From the sequence record MN850603.1: a stretch of 64,000 nucleotides of DNA, one strand, 5' to 3'. Shown one piece after another: positions 1-8,133 of the stretch. Each line of letters opens with the position of its first letter. Within the stretch, counting starts at the first letter, position 1. The position numbers and the translations under genes are program-made. Under the pieces are notes generated by a model. That model saw only the letters and a program-made list of their open reading frames with translations, was not told where the DNA came from and did not search any database. The DNA is from Escherichia phage pinkbiff.

Positions 1-733
1 TTGAAACGCCAACTGCTTCATACTCTTCAATCTGTACTTTATATTTCCACGGTACATAAGCATTAAGTAATGGTGAACGACCTTCTGGGTTTCCATATTC
101 ATCATCATACTTAAACAGCATGAATTTAGCTCGTGGAAGTTTTCTTGTTAATGGTCTCTCTCCAAGATTAATTGCTCCAGCAATATGTGAAACATTTCTC
201 AGATTTTGTCTGACACCAGTAACTTTTCTAAAGTCTTCATCAAAATACCACTTATCCAGTGTTGATTGGTTTCTGATTGGTAATTTAGCCCATCCAATTA
301 GACCATCATCAAATTTTGACTGGTACTTTCCTTTTTTACCCTGTCGCTTCTTATAAACTTTCTCGTTAACACAGAACCCATAAGTGCAGAATGACATTAC
401 AGAATTAATAAAATCTGCCCAATCATGCTCCATGTCATCCATTAAAGAATTAAAGAAGTCTGCTCTTTCAAGCATTTTAGGGTCTTGCTCTTTTCCCTTT
501 GGAGGTACGAATCTCCAGTTGACTTTTCTGACAAACATCTTAATAATATTTACAGATGCTGCTACAGCAGGGTCACGCATCATTAATTGGAAAGTTTTAA
601 TACTTTCAGGGAACCTTAGTGCCTGACGAGGTTCTTCATAGATTCTTCCATTCTTAACCTTCAGACCCAAAGAACCTACTTCACCCATTCTAAATGGTGG
701 TAAGCTTTCTTGTGTTTCTGTAATATCTGCCAT
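1..733 (-). CDS. putative portal protein, N-terminal part (gene continues past window start)
   Basis: Minus-strand frame open from ATG at 733 (SD AGGTGAGAAG upstream) to the window edge; sits directly downstream of large terminase in the same orientation. Portal call rests on gene order only. Confidence 0.4.
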   Translation of the reverse strand, partial: MADITETQESLPPFRMGEVGSLGLKVKNGRIYEEPRQALRFPESIKTFQLMMRDPAVAASVNIIKMFVRKVNWRFVPPKGKEQDPKMLERADFFNSLMDDMEHDWADFINSVMSFCTYGFCVNEKVYKKRQGKKGKYQSKFDDGLIGWAKLPIRNQSTLDKWYFDEDFRKVTGVRQNLRNVSHIAGAINLGERPLTRKLPRAKFMLFKYDDEYGNPEGRSPLLNAYVPWKYKVQIEEYEAVGVS

Positions 734-749
734 TCTTCTCACCTAGCTA

Positions 750-2351
750 TCAACGTCTAAGCCCCTCATATGGATTTCCTCTCACTAAGTCTGTGTGAGC
801 ACCCATTGATGGTGGCTTGAATAATTTAACTTCGTTAAGACTGTTGAAAGCATCACTGGTAGCATCCACTTGGTCATCTTTAGTTTTGCCATCACCACAA
901 AAGCCTTCAAGCTCTTGAAAGTAAGCTTCATTCCAACTACCTCTCAAGACTTTTACAAGTCCAGCTTCAGAAGCAGCAGAAAATCCCGCAAAGCGGGTAA
1001 CTTTATCTTTATTTGTTGGTTTAGCTCTTGCACGATAGCCTTTCTCGGAAAGTTTCCTGATGAGTGATGTTGCGTAGGATTTACCAGCAGCGCCTGGGTC
1101 TTGAGGGATAAAAATACCAGTTCGCTTACCGTCACTTTCAGCAGTCAAATTAATTTGTGTTTCGACTCCAGAGGGTCTATCTCTAAATCTTACTACATCA
1201 ATGATATAATAGCAACCGTCTTTTTTAGATTTACCCATCTTAACACCTGCTGTCCAGTCTGGATTAGGGTTAACCTCAGATGGTAAAGTTGCTGCTAAGT
1301 CCCATGCTCTAACATCAAATACATCTTCTGGGAGTGAATCAACAATCTCACACCATTGTCTTTGCCAATAGTTTGAACCTTCTGCACGAGCCTTCCAGTT
1401 ACCGAAACGAAGTCTTGCAACGTTTACAGGTGTGTTGTTTTCAAGCTTACCGCGATACTTTGGCTCTAAGAAGTCAAGAATTGGGTTATCATCAATCGTA
1501 CCAGAGATGAAGGTGTATGTTTGAGGAATCTCAAGAGGGAACATTTCAAGAATCTTGTCTCTCTCCCAATCAGAAACCATCACACCATCATTCATTACAT
1601 ACCAACGAATACGACCACACTTTTCAGGGTCTGGGTAACCTTCTTCATCTAAGAATGGTTCTACCCAATCGTAAATAAAGTGGTCTCTATCTGGGTTCAT
1701 GGAAATCTTCATGTATGAATCACCTTCAGCACCAGAACGTAGACGAGTTTGTAGGTATGAAATCTGTGAAGCAGAGAAGTGTGTACCTTCGTCAAAGTAA
1801 ATAGCTGAGTATTCAATACCCTGATGACCTTCAGCGTGCTTTTCAAGTTCTAGGTAGGTAAACTTGATAGTTGCCCCAGAAGGGAATGTGATAGTCATTT
1901 TCTGCTCGTGAGGAATCCCACCAAACTTACCAAATAGTTTCTTTGCAGCAGGCCATAAACCACCTTGTAACTGTGTTGTATTTCGACGGAAATATACAGC
2001 ATTATAGTTAGGGTCTTCAATAAATCTTAAAGAGTCCATTAACAATGCGGCAGTTTTACCAGCACCAGCAGCACCACCATAGAGAACCAAGTCAGCATTA
2101 GTATTTAAAAAGACCTCTTGAGAACCCGGCTGAGGGGCTACATAGTTCTTATCAGTCATCAATTTGAAGATAAGTCTAACTTGGTCTGGTGTGTATCTTA
2201 ATAAAGTCAGAATTTGAGTTGGAAGGAATTTAGAGGGGTCTTTACCGAATGATTTGATAATTTCTTTTACTTCATCAGAAAGCCCCAACTCTCCAGCTAG
2301 GACTTTCCTAACATCTTCCACTCGCTTCTGCTTAACAGCATTTAAGTCCAT
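750..2351 (-). CDS. terL: terminase large subunit
   Basis: Walker A GGAAGAGKT near N-terminus, about 530 aa; ATG at 2351 preceded by GGAGGTG. Track ORF starts at an upstream TTG (2366). Confidence 0.88.
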   Translation of the reverse strand: MDLNAVKQKRVEDVRKVLAGELGLSDEVKEIIKSFGKDPSKFLPTQILTLLRYTPDQVRLIFKLMTDKNYVAPQPGSQEVFLNTNADLVLYGGAAGAGKTAALLMDSLRFIEDPNYNAVYFRRNTTQLQGGLWPAAKKLFGKFGGIPHEQKMTITFPSGATIKFTYLELEKHAEGHQGIEYSAIYFDEGTHFSASQISYLQTRLRSGAEGDSYMKISMNPDRDHFIYDWVEPFLDEEGYPDPEKCGRIRWYVMNDGVMVSDWERDKILEMFPLEIPQTYTFISGTIDDNPILDFLEPKYRGKLENNTPVNVARLRFGNWKARAEGSNYWQRQWCEIVDSLPEDVFDVRAWDLAATLPSEVNPNPDWTAGVKMGKSKKDGCYYIIDVVRFRDRPSGVETQINLTAESDGKRTGIFIPQDPGAAGKSYATSLIRKLSEKGYRARAKPTNKDKVTRFAGFSAASEAGLVKVLRGSWNEAYFQELEGFCGDGKTKDDQVDATSDAFNSLNEVKLFKPPSMGAHTDLVRGNPYEGLRR

Positions 2352-2372
2352 TAAGCACCTCCGCAAATAGAA

Positions 2373-2573
2373 TTATTCAGAGTCTGTAGCAGTCTCTTCT
2401 TTCTTAACTTCGAACTTTGCATCAACAGCATCAAGAAGTGCATCCATAGATGCTTCTTTAATATCAATACCTGTTGCTACAGACAGTCTATCTGCAATTG
2501 CCATGATAGTATTCTGCATAAACTCTAACTTCTTGTTAGCTTCATAAAGTTCTTTATAAACGTTCTCGCTCAT
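2373..2573 (-). CDS. hypothetical small protein (66 aa)
   Basis: ATG at 2573 with GGAGAAAA SD; directly upstream of terL. Track ORF is longer (TTG at 2648). Confidence 0.5.
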   Translation of the reverse strand: MSENVYKELYEANKKLEFMQNTIMAIADRLSVATGIDIKEASMDALLDAVDAKFEVKKEETATDSE

Positions 2574-2795
2574 TATGTTTTCTCCAAATAATAAATCTCG
2601 TTTCCCCTTAAAAAAGACGGCACGGAGACCGTCAAGGAGAAACCACAATGTACGTCAGAGACATACTGTATAAGTCTTCCTATAAAGTATAACTCTGTAA
2701 AAAAGCCCTGTCTAAAAATACTCTTCGGTAGCGAAAGGAAGAATACTTATAGCAGGGCATTATTATTATTTTAATTGAGAGAGAGTAAAATAACT

Positions 2796-2871
2796 TGGAG
2801 AATCCGAAGGGACTTGAACCCTTATAAACCTGTTTTGCAGACAGGCACATAGCCATTTCTGTCACGGATTC
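2796..2871 (-). tRNA. tRNA-Cys (GCA)
   Basis: Manual cloverleaf: T-loop TTCAAGT, 7-bp acceptor stem, encoded CCA, anticodon loop CTGCAAA. Confidence 0.75.
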
Positions 2872-2875
2872 AAAT

Positions 2876-2968
2876 TGGAGGAAGATACCAGACTTGAACT
2901 GGTACACCGATTTCTCAGCTACTGGCAGTTTAGCAAACTGCTCCCTTACCTTTTAGGGTTAATCTTCC
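2876..2968 (-). tRNA. tRNA-Ser (GCU), type II
   Basis: 93 nt, long variable arm, T-loop TTCAAGT, CCA encoded, anticodon loop TTGCTAA. Confidence 0.75.
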
Positions 2969-2969
2969 A

Positions 2970-3704
2970 TTATTTCTGCAATGCGTTCTTCATTTCTGGT
3001 GTTGCAATAGAATCGATTACACCAGTTTTACAAGCATCATCAAACCAGTCTGGTAAGATACCTGCTAAGAACCCATTGATATTCGTTTTAAGGTACTCTG
3101 CAATAAGGGCAGCTTCTTCTTCAATCATCTGCACAACTTCATCTGCATAAGCTGTAATCTTTGAAATACCTTCATTAATCTTACTAACAGCTTGGTTAGC
3201 TAAATCAGAAATAGTATCAAGACCTTTATCAATAGCATCCTGTAAGTCACTTAACACATCATTAACACCATCTAGTGTACTGTTAATCGTATCCATAGCT
3301 TTTTGACCATACTCTGTAGCAACACCCATAATACCACTAAACGGTGTACAGCCAACTTGCTCTCCTGCTGCACCCATAACATTGGAATAACCTTTTGCTA
3401 CCTGCATACGTGATGAGAACTCATCAATGGACTTTTGACCGTAATCTGTCAGCGTCTTAGTAGTTGATGTAGTGCTTGTCAGACTCGTTGTAAAGCCATT
3501 AAGCAGAACTGTTGTAAGTCCAGCAGCAACAAGCTTATCCTTTACTGTAGGGTCTGATACAGAGCTAATAGAGTTTACAAGTGATGTAGAGGCAGCTACG
3601 GTTCCACCGAGAACTGCTGCACCAGTAATAAGGGGATTAGAAAACCCTCTACCGGTTTTTAAGAGATTGAAAATCTCCTTACCTTGTTCTGTCATCTCTT
3701 TCAT
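2970..3704 (-). CDS. hypothetical protein (244 aa) embedded in tRNA cluster
   Basis: Long minus ORF; start set to ATG at 3704 because the track start (3767) would overlap the next tRNA. Thr/Ser-rich low-complexity stretches; no motif recognised. Confidence 0.55.
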   Translation of the reverse strand: MKEMTEQGKEIFNLLKTGRGFSNPLITGAAVLGGTVAASTSLVNSISSVSDPTVKDKLVAAGLTTVLLNGFTTSLTSTTSTTKTLTDYGQKSIDEFSSRMQVAKGYSNVMGAAGEQVGCTPFSGIMGVATEYGQKAMDTINSTLDGVNDVLSDLQDAIDKGLDTISDLANQAVSKINEGISKITAYADEVVQMIEEEAALIAEYLKTNINGFLAGILPDWFDDACKTGVIDSIATPEMKNALQK

Positions 3705-3720
3705 TAAGCACCTTTGAAAT

Positions 3721-3796
3721 TGGTAGTCCAGTGGGATTTGAACCCTATTCTCATGTTTTTCAGACACGCGCTTTAACCATATAAGCTACTTGGACT
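3721..3796 (-). tRNA. tRNA-Phe (GAA)
   Basis: T-loop TTCAAAT, CCA encoded, anticodon stem-loop CGTGT-CTGAAAA-ACATG; acceptor/T-stem pairing imperfect, ends approximate. Confidence 0.6.
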
Positions 3797-3802
3797 ATAA
3801 AT

Positions 3803-3878
3803 TGGGGTGACCTACGGGATTTGAACCCGTATAGACCATGTTCACAGCATGGGTCATTACCATTTATGATAAGGCCAC
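3803..3878 (-). tRNA. tRNA-His (GUG)
   Basis: T-loop TTCAAAT, 7-bp acceptor with one G-U, CCA encoded, anticodon loop CTGTGAA. Confidence 0.75.
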
Positions 3879-3909
3879 ATTTAAGGCCTCTCGTAAGAAC
3901 CCTTAGAAG

Positions 3910-3985
3910 TGGCAGCGGCATAAGGATTTGAACCTTAATAGGACAGCTTCAGAGACTGCTGCATTGCCAGTTATGCTATACCGCT
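3910..3985 (-). tRNA. tRNA-Gln (CUG)
   Basis: D-stem GCAT/ATGC, T-loop TTCAAAT, CCA encoded, anticodon loop CTCTGAA. Confidence 0.65.
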
Positions 3986-3990
3986 AAATT

Positions 3991-4069
3991 TGGTACTCCA
4001 TATCGGATTCGAACCGATACATAACACAGATTTTAAGTCTGGCCTCTCTGCCAATTGGAGTAATGGAGC
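3991..4069 (-). tRNA. tRNA with anticodon UAA (Leu-type anticodon; short variable arm)
   Basis: T-arm ATCGG-TTCGAAT-CCGAT, 7-bp acceptor, A73, CCA; anticodon loop CTTAAAA. 79 nt with no long variable arm, so isotype needs confirmation. Confidence 0.55.
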
Positions 4070-4071
4070 AT

Positions 4072-4147
4072 TGGCGGGGGATGTTGGAATTGAACCAACT
4101 TCTTCGATTTCAAAGACCGAGGTTTTAACCTTGTAAACTAATCCCCT
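4072..4147 (-). tRNA. tRNA-Gln (UUG)
   Basis: T-arm GTTGG-TTCAATT-CCAAC, D-arm GTTT/AAAC, anticodon loop CTTTGAA; 1:72 unpaired. Confidence 0.7.
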
Positions 4148-4155
4148 TTAAATCT

Positions 4156-4713
4156 TTACTTTCTCAGTGGATGAATAAAGAATGCCAACATAACTCTTTC
4201 CCTTGAGAATGCTCTTTCTTCTGGGACAACACTTTTTAGTTTCCATCCAACATAGATTCTCCAGTAAAACTGTTTACCAAAGACTTTAATTGACGGAATA
4301 AAAGCGAATAATCCCCAAGCATTGTTGTTCCACATTAGGAGATAACCTGTCTGATTATCTTCGGGGTCAGAACTTACGTTGATATTACCTTTCCACTTAG
4401 TAACATCTTTTACATCTCTTCCTAATACATGGTAAGAGAAGTTATAAGCTTTGTTTCTCCAGAGCCATCCGACTCTCTGCATGTAGACACCCAGCTTACC
4501 AATCTTTCTAATCTTAGCCCATCTTTTAACGTGACCCTCATCACCATCAATTGGGTTGTCATATGTCTCCATCCATCTGAACCCGAAAGGTAAGTGTCCT
4601 TTCTTCTCACTGTAGAATGGAACTACAAAAGGTGCTAAGATAACTGCTAAGATTGCTGCAAATGGCTCTAACAAAGCTAAGAAAATCCATGAAGCATACT
4701 TCAAATATCTCAT
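4156..4713 (-). CDS. hypothetical membrane protein (185 aa)
   Basis: ATG at 4713 with AAGAGG SD; hydrophobic N-terminal segment. Confidence 0.6.
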   Translation of the reverse strand: MRYLKYASWIFLALLEPFAAILAVILAPFVVPFYSEKKGHLPFGFRWMETYDNPIDGDEGHVKRWAKIRKIGKLGVYMQRVGWLWRNKAYNFSYHVLGRDVKDVTKWKGNINVSSDPEDNQTGYLLMWNNNAWGLFAFIPSIKVFGKQFYWRIYVGWKLKSVVPEERAFSRERVMLAFFIHPLRK

Positions 4714-4732
4714 CTAAATAGCCTCTTTAAAT

Positions 4733-4808
4733 TGGCGCAGGATAAGGGATTCGAACCCCTATTAACAGCTTCGTAGACTGTTGCTCTATCCATTTGAACT
4801 AATCCTGC
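4733..4808 (-). tRNA. tRNA-Arg (ACG)
   Basis: T-loop TTCGAAT, 7-bp acceptor, CCA encoded, anticodon stem-loop ACAGT-CTACGAA-GCTGT. Confidence 0.75.
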
Positions 4809-4922
4809 TTACCTACGAGAACACCATACAGTTTTTCACAAACTTTGTTTTTACGTCTGTTTAGGTATGACGCTCTAAACTTTTTTGCGATGGAGTTATT
4901 ACTCATGGTGCTCTCCTCAAAT

Positions 4923-5000
4923 TGGTGTTCCAAGACGGATTCGAACCGTCACTAATACAAGGTTTGAGCTTGCATCCTCTGCCAATTGGGATACTGGAAC
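4923..5000 (-). tRNA. tRNA with anticodon CAA (Leu-type anticodon; short variable arm)
   Basis: T-arm GACGG-TTCGAAT-CCGTC, acceptor 7 bp, A73, CCA; anticodon loop CTCAAAC; 78 nt. Confidence 0.55.
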
Positions 5001-5001
5001 A

Positions 5002-5076
5002 TGGTACTCACTAAAGGACTTGAACCTTTTTCTTCATCTTGTAAGGGTGATGTTTTACCATATAAACTAAGCGAGT
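5002..5076 (-). tRNA. tRNA-Val (UAC)
   Basis: T-loop TTCAAGT, acceptor 7 bp incl. G-U, CCA encoded, anticodon loop CTTACAA. Confidence 0.7.
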
Positions 5077-5171
5077 GTGAAAGAGGTCTGAAGTTGTGCC
5101 GCTAACTCAACTCCGTGGAATTTGTTACGGTCTTCAGTTGACACCAGCGGTCTTTCACTTGACCTCTGAAT
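5077..5171 (-). other. unassigned structured spacer (tRNA-like/ncRNA candidate)
   Basis: 95-nt gap between tRNA-Val and tRNA-Thr flanked by complementary ends (agaggtc ... gacctct); no canonical T-loop found. Confidence 0.25.
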
Positions 5172-5247
5172 TGGTGCTCCCACAAGGATTCGAACCCTGA
5201 TAAGTTGCTTACAAGGCAACCGTAATAGCCAATTATACGATAGGAGC
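5172..5247 (-). tRNA. tRNA-Thr (UGU)
   Basis: T-loop TTCGAAT, CCA encoded, perfect anticodon stem GTTGC/GCAAC with loop CTTGTAA. Confidence 0.78.
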
Positions 5248-5254
5248 ATTAATT

Positions 5255-5329
5255 TGGAGCATCCAGAGGGAATCGAACCCTCAACCTCAGTTTGGAAGAC
5301 TGTAATTTTCCCGTTTAAACTATGGATGC
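5255..5329 (-). tRNA. tRNA-Gly (UCC)
   Basis: T-arm GAGGG-TTCGATT-CCCTC, acceptor GCATCCA/TGGATGC, CCA encoded, anticodon loop CTTCCAA. Confidence 0.78.
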
Positions 5330-5335
5330 ACTAAT

Positions 5336-5411
5336 TGGTGGAGAAGCAGGGAATTGAACCCTGTACTTAAGTTTGCAAAACTTATGTTTTAACCATGTAA
5401 ACTACATCCCC
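5336..5411 (-). tRNA. tRNA-Ala (UGC)
   Basis: Acceptor stem with G3:U70 (Ala identity pair), A73, CCA; anticodon stem TAAGT/ACTTA with loop TTTGCAA. Confidence 0.8.
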
Positions 5412-5417
5412 AATGTC

Positions 5418-5493
5418 TGGTACAGGTGGAGGGAATTGAACCCGTCGTCTTACTGATTAAGAGTCAGCCGCATAACCATTTTGCTACACCTGC
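5418..5493 (-). tRNA. tRNA-Lys (CUU)
   Basis: T-loop TTCAATT, CCA encoded, anticodon loop CTCTTAA; T-stem has two mismatches. Confidence 0.65.
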
Positions 5494-5500
5494 ATTAATT

Positions 5501-5578
5501 TGGTGGGAGACAAGGGATTCGAACCCTCAAACATCTCGTTCTAAGCGAGATAGGTTTACCAATTACCATCAATCTCCC
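5501..5578 (-). tRNA. tRNA with anticodon UAG (Leu-type anticodon; short variable arm)
   Basis: T-arm GAGGG-TTCGAAT-CCCTT, acceptor 7 bp, A73, CCA; anticodon stem TCTCG/CGAGA with loop CTTAGAA; non-canonical D region. Confidence 0.55.
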
Positions 5579-5833
5579 ATTAAATCTTTTTAGAGAACTT
5601 CTAAGAACCTAAGCAACAAGGTTCCACAACAAGCTGTAATAACCTTAGAAGCCCTCTAAAAAGACCTAAAAAGGTCTTTGCATAGTCTTGTTTAATCCGG
5701 TGACTAGAACCTTTGGAGAGCTTGATATTATCTCTTCTCCGTGACACCTACTAGGTGTTTTATCAGTGTGTACGACAATACACGAGGGATACCAAAGCAA
5801 CATCCGAATGAAGCTTGGCTTTAAATCTTATTA

Positions 5834-5923
5834 GGCGGTAAGTAAAGGAGTCGAACCCTCACCGTATCTCTACAGTGGCAACTGTTTTCAAGACAGTTTG
5901 GCTACCATTAGCCGCTACCTACC
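5834..5923 (-). tRNA. tRNA-Ser (UGA), type II
   Basis: About 88 nt, long variable arm, T-loop TTCGACT, perfect anticodon stem ACTGT/ACAGT with loop CTTGAAA; 3' end reads GCC-T, so CCA not fully encoded. Confidence 0.7.
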
Positions 5924-5936
5924 CCTAATAAGACTT

Positions 5937-6019
5937 TGGCATGGGACGGAGGAGTTGAACCCCTTTGAAACGGTTTTGGAGGCCGTTGCTCATGCCTTAG
6001 AGTCTTAACATCGTCCCAT
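5937..6019 (-). tRNA. tRNA-Trp (CCA) candidate, atypical D region
   Basis: Perfect 7-bp acceptor ATGGGAC/GTCCCAT, T-loop TTCAACT, CCA encoded, anticodon loop CTCCAAA; 83 nt with an over-long D region. Confidence 0.5.
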
Positions 6020-6160
6020 ACTATAATTCGAAGCTTACCGTATTATCTCAACACTGTAAAGCTCCTTCTCAGGTTATTTACATGTTCTGGAAACATGAGA
6101 TACAGACCACCTCCCTACAGGAAGACCCGCTTAGGTCGTCTAAGTAATCTGCTAACTAAT

Positions 6161-6237
6161 TGGCACACCCTACAGGATTCGAACCTGTAACTCAATGATT
6201 AGAAGTCATTTGCTCTGTCCAGTTGAACTAAGGGTGC
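6161..6237 (-). tRNA. tRNA-Arg (UCU)
   Basis: D-arm GTTC/GAGC, anticodon stem AATGA/TCATT with loop CTTCTAA, T-loop TTCGAAT, CCA encoded. Confidence 0.78.
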
Positions 6238-6573
6238 ATTAATCTTTAAAGACTCTCTTAGAAAGCCCTTAAAGATGCCCACCTTATTAATCATACCGTG
6301 GGCTAGTACGCCAAATTCTTTGATGAGGGATTGGAAGACCTCACTGGTGTTTAGCCTATCAAGCTACTGCCAGAAAAACATTGTCGTTTGCATTTATTTT
6401 AAATTTGCAAAATAGACGCTACGCAACGAAAACTATTCAGAATATGTACAACAAATTTCCCCACATTGTGTTACGTCTAACACTCATGTATTGGTGTTTG
6501 AATTATACATATTATGAAGTATTTTAGTTACTATAAAGTAGTCACATCTCAATGTCAACAACTTTATTGAAAT

Positions 6574-6649
6574 TGGTACTGGTAGGTGGAATCGAACCAC
6601 CGATGTTCCCTTATCAGGGGAGTGTTATAACCTTCTTAACTATACCAGC
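6574..6649 (-). tRNA. tRNA-Ile (GAU)
   Basis: T-arm GGTGG-TTCGATT-CCACC, CCA encoded, anticodon loop CTGATAA. Confidence 0.72.
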
Positions 6650-6650
6650 T

Positions 6651-6727
6651 TGGAGGTTCAGATGGGAATCGAACCCACATTCATAGGGTTTATGAGACCC
6701 TTGCATTACCTTATCTGCGACTGAACC
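6651..6727 (-). tRNA. tRNA-Met (CAU), elongator-like
   Basis: Perfect acceptor GGTTCAG/CTGAACC, anticodon stem AGGGT/ACCCT with loop CTCATAA, T-loop TTCGATT, CCA encoded. Confidence 0.75.
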
Positions 6728-6731
6728 ATAT

Positions 6732-6807
6732 TGGTAGAAGTGGAGGGATTCGAACCCATCGCCTGTCAGATTAAAAGTCTGCCGCATCACCATTCTGCTA
6801 CACTTCC
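6732..6807 (-). tRNA. tRNA-Lys (UUU)
   Basis: Anticodon loop CTTTTAA, T-loop TTCGAAT, CCA encoded; T-stem imperfect. Confidence 0.68.
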
Positions 6808-6810
6808 ATT

Positions 6811-6956
6811 AAATTATCTTTGTAGATAAGCTACCCAGACTTGCTTAAGGTCTGTAGCGATGTGCCTTTTTGGGTTTAAATCTAGAATTTACCCTTTCAC
6901 CCTTTGTGGTCGCATACTCACAGGTAAGCTTAATAACTTATCTACAAAGATAATTA
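6811..6956. repeat. 18-bp perfect inverted repeat flanking about 108 nt inside the tRNA cluster
   Basis: attatctttgtagataag (6813-6830) and its reverse complement cttatctacaaagataat (6938-6955); no tRNA fold found between them. Confidence 0.6.
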
Positions 6957-7004
6957 CCAGACCGTTGTTTATCATCTTAAGTGCTACCATTACACCAACT
7001 CGAC

Positions 7005-7035
7005 CTCTGCCGAGTGAAGGAATCGAACCTTCTCC
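7005..7035 (-). other. isolated tRNA T-arm-like element (possible tRNA remnant)
   Basis: GAAGG-TTCGATT-CCTTC T-arm followed by a 7-nt acceptor-like strand, but no matching 5' half in the expected position. Confidence 0.3.
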
Positions 7036-7239
7036 TTTTCTTTACCGAGAAATAGATTGTTTAAGTTTTGCTGTAAACGGTCTTCTGTAAATTTGTTGAG
7101 CCAGACCAAGTTTTAAATTTTTTTCAAAATTGAATTGGCTTGAAAATATCATACGTACTTGCTGTATTTGGTCTTCTGCCCCTTTAAAGAATACTCGTAA
7201 GAACTCTTTAAGGGAGGGGCTAAATAGCCCTCTCAAAAT

Positions 7240-7317
7240 TGGCGGTTACGAAGGGATTTGAACCCTCATCATCTCCCGTGACAGGGGAGTATTTTAACCA
7301 AATTAAACTACATAACC
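7240..7317 (-). tRNA. tRNA-Asp (GUC)
   Basis: Perfect anticodon stem CTCCC/GGGAG with loop CTGTCAC, T-loop TTCAAAT, CCA encoded. Confidence 0.75.
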
Positions 7318-7322
7318 TTTAT

Positions 7323-7410
7323 TGGTGTGCCGTGTAGGAGTCGAACCTACCGAGTCTCAATGACAAGGGATTTACAGTCCCCACCGCTACCATCTACGGG
7401 ATAACGACAC
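7323..7410 (-). tRNA. tRNA-Tyr (GUA), type II
   Basis: 88 nt, long variable arm, anticodon stem GGGGA/TCCCT with loop CTGTAAA, T-loop TTCGACT, CCA encoded. Confidence 0.72.
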
Positions 7411-7478
7411 ATTTAATTTCTATTCAGGCTAAGGACTTGCACCTTACAAATCGGTGAGCAATCGCTTCTCTCCTAAAT
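7411..7478 (-). other. unassigned 68-nt spacer with variant T-arm-like hairpin
   Basis: AAGG-TGCAAGT-CCTT hairpin but no complete cloverleaf. Confidence 0.2.
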
Positions 7479-7479
7479 T

Positions 7480-7556
7480 TGGCGGTTAGTCAGGGATTCG
7501 AACCCTGTGCCATTCGCTTAACAGGCGACCGCACATACCTTATGTGCTTCCTAACC
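7480..7556 (-). tRNA. tRNA-Asn (GUU)
   Basis: D-arm GCAC/GTGC, T-arm CAGGG-TTCGAAT-CCCTG, CCA encoded, anticodon loop CTGTTAA. Confidence 0.72.
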
Positions 7557-7639
7557 ATGTTTAGTATTACCAGACCGTATCTTTCAATTTTTCCGCTAAA
7601 AATTTAATAAATATTGCTGTAAACGGTCTTCTGTAAATT

Positions 7640-7716
7640 TGGAGGCGGGTGCAGGAGTCGAACCTGCCGATACCATGCTAATGAGACATGTGAGACGCCC
7701 TTTCTCTATACCCGCA
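7640..7716 (-). tRNA. tRNA-Met (CAU), second copy (initiator or Ile2-type possible)
   Basis: T-loop TTCGACT, CCA encoded, anticodon loop CTCATTA, 1:72 unpaired (T:C). Confidence 0.6.
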
Positions 7717-7806
7717 ATTCTTAATGACCAGACCAAATATCTTCTTTGTCCGATTTCGTGTCAGATGAGTAGATTAAGTTTGCTGTAATTGGTCTTCTGT
7801 CAAAAC

Positions 7807-7884
7807 TGGCGTTCCAGAAGGGATTTGAACCCTCAAATATCCACTTTGAAAGAGTGGTGACTTTACCATTTTGTCTACTGGAAC
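7807..7884 (-). tRNA. tRNA-Glu (UUC)
   Basis: Perfect acceptor GTTCCAG/CTGGAAC, anticodon stem CCACT/AGTGG with loop CTTTCAA, T-loop TTCAAAT, CCA encoded. Confidence 0.75.
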
Positions 7885-7891
7885 ATTAATT

Positions 7892-7968
7892 TGGTCTCTG
7901 TTGGAGGACTTGAACCTCCGGCCTTACCGCCCCAAACGGAACGCTCTACCAAGCTGAGCTAAACAGAG
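7892..7968 (-). tRNA. tRNA-Pro (UGG)
   Basis: Canonical D-arm GCTC-AGCTTGGTA-GAGC, T-arm GGAGG-TTCAAGT-CCTCC, CCA encoded, anticodon loop TTTGGGG. Confidence 0.75.
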
Positions 7969-8086
7969 ATAAACTTTTCAAACTCTATGTAACCACTTTA
8001 ACATTATTTTTTAGTGATTGTCAAGAACTTTTTTAAAATATTTTTCAGTATCTTAGAAAAGCTCTCATTTCGTTTCTATGTAGAAC

Positions 8087-8115
8087 ATATTAAAGGGTAT
8101 CAAACACATTGTCAA
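8087..8115 (-). promoter_or_regulatory. near-consensus sigma70-type promoter reading into the tRNA cluster
   Basis: Minus strand reads TTGACA (8115-8110), 17-nt spacer, TAATAT (8092-8087); overlaps an inverted repeat aaagggtat/atacccttt; about 120 nt upstream of tRNA-Pro. Confidence 0.5.
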
Positions 8116-8133
8116 TACCCTTTTTAAAACTTT

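Noticed and set aside
5067-5249. Track ORFs overlapping tRNA genes (4885-5070, 5067-5249, 6860-7090, 7042-7236, 4422-4610, 3472-3717)
   Set aside because: They overlap well-formed tRNAs or lie antisense inside a longer ORF, and lack SD sequences.
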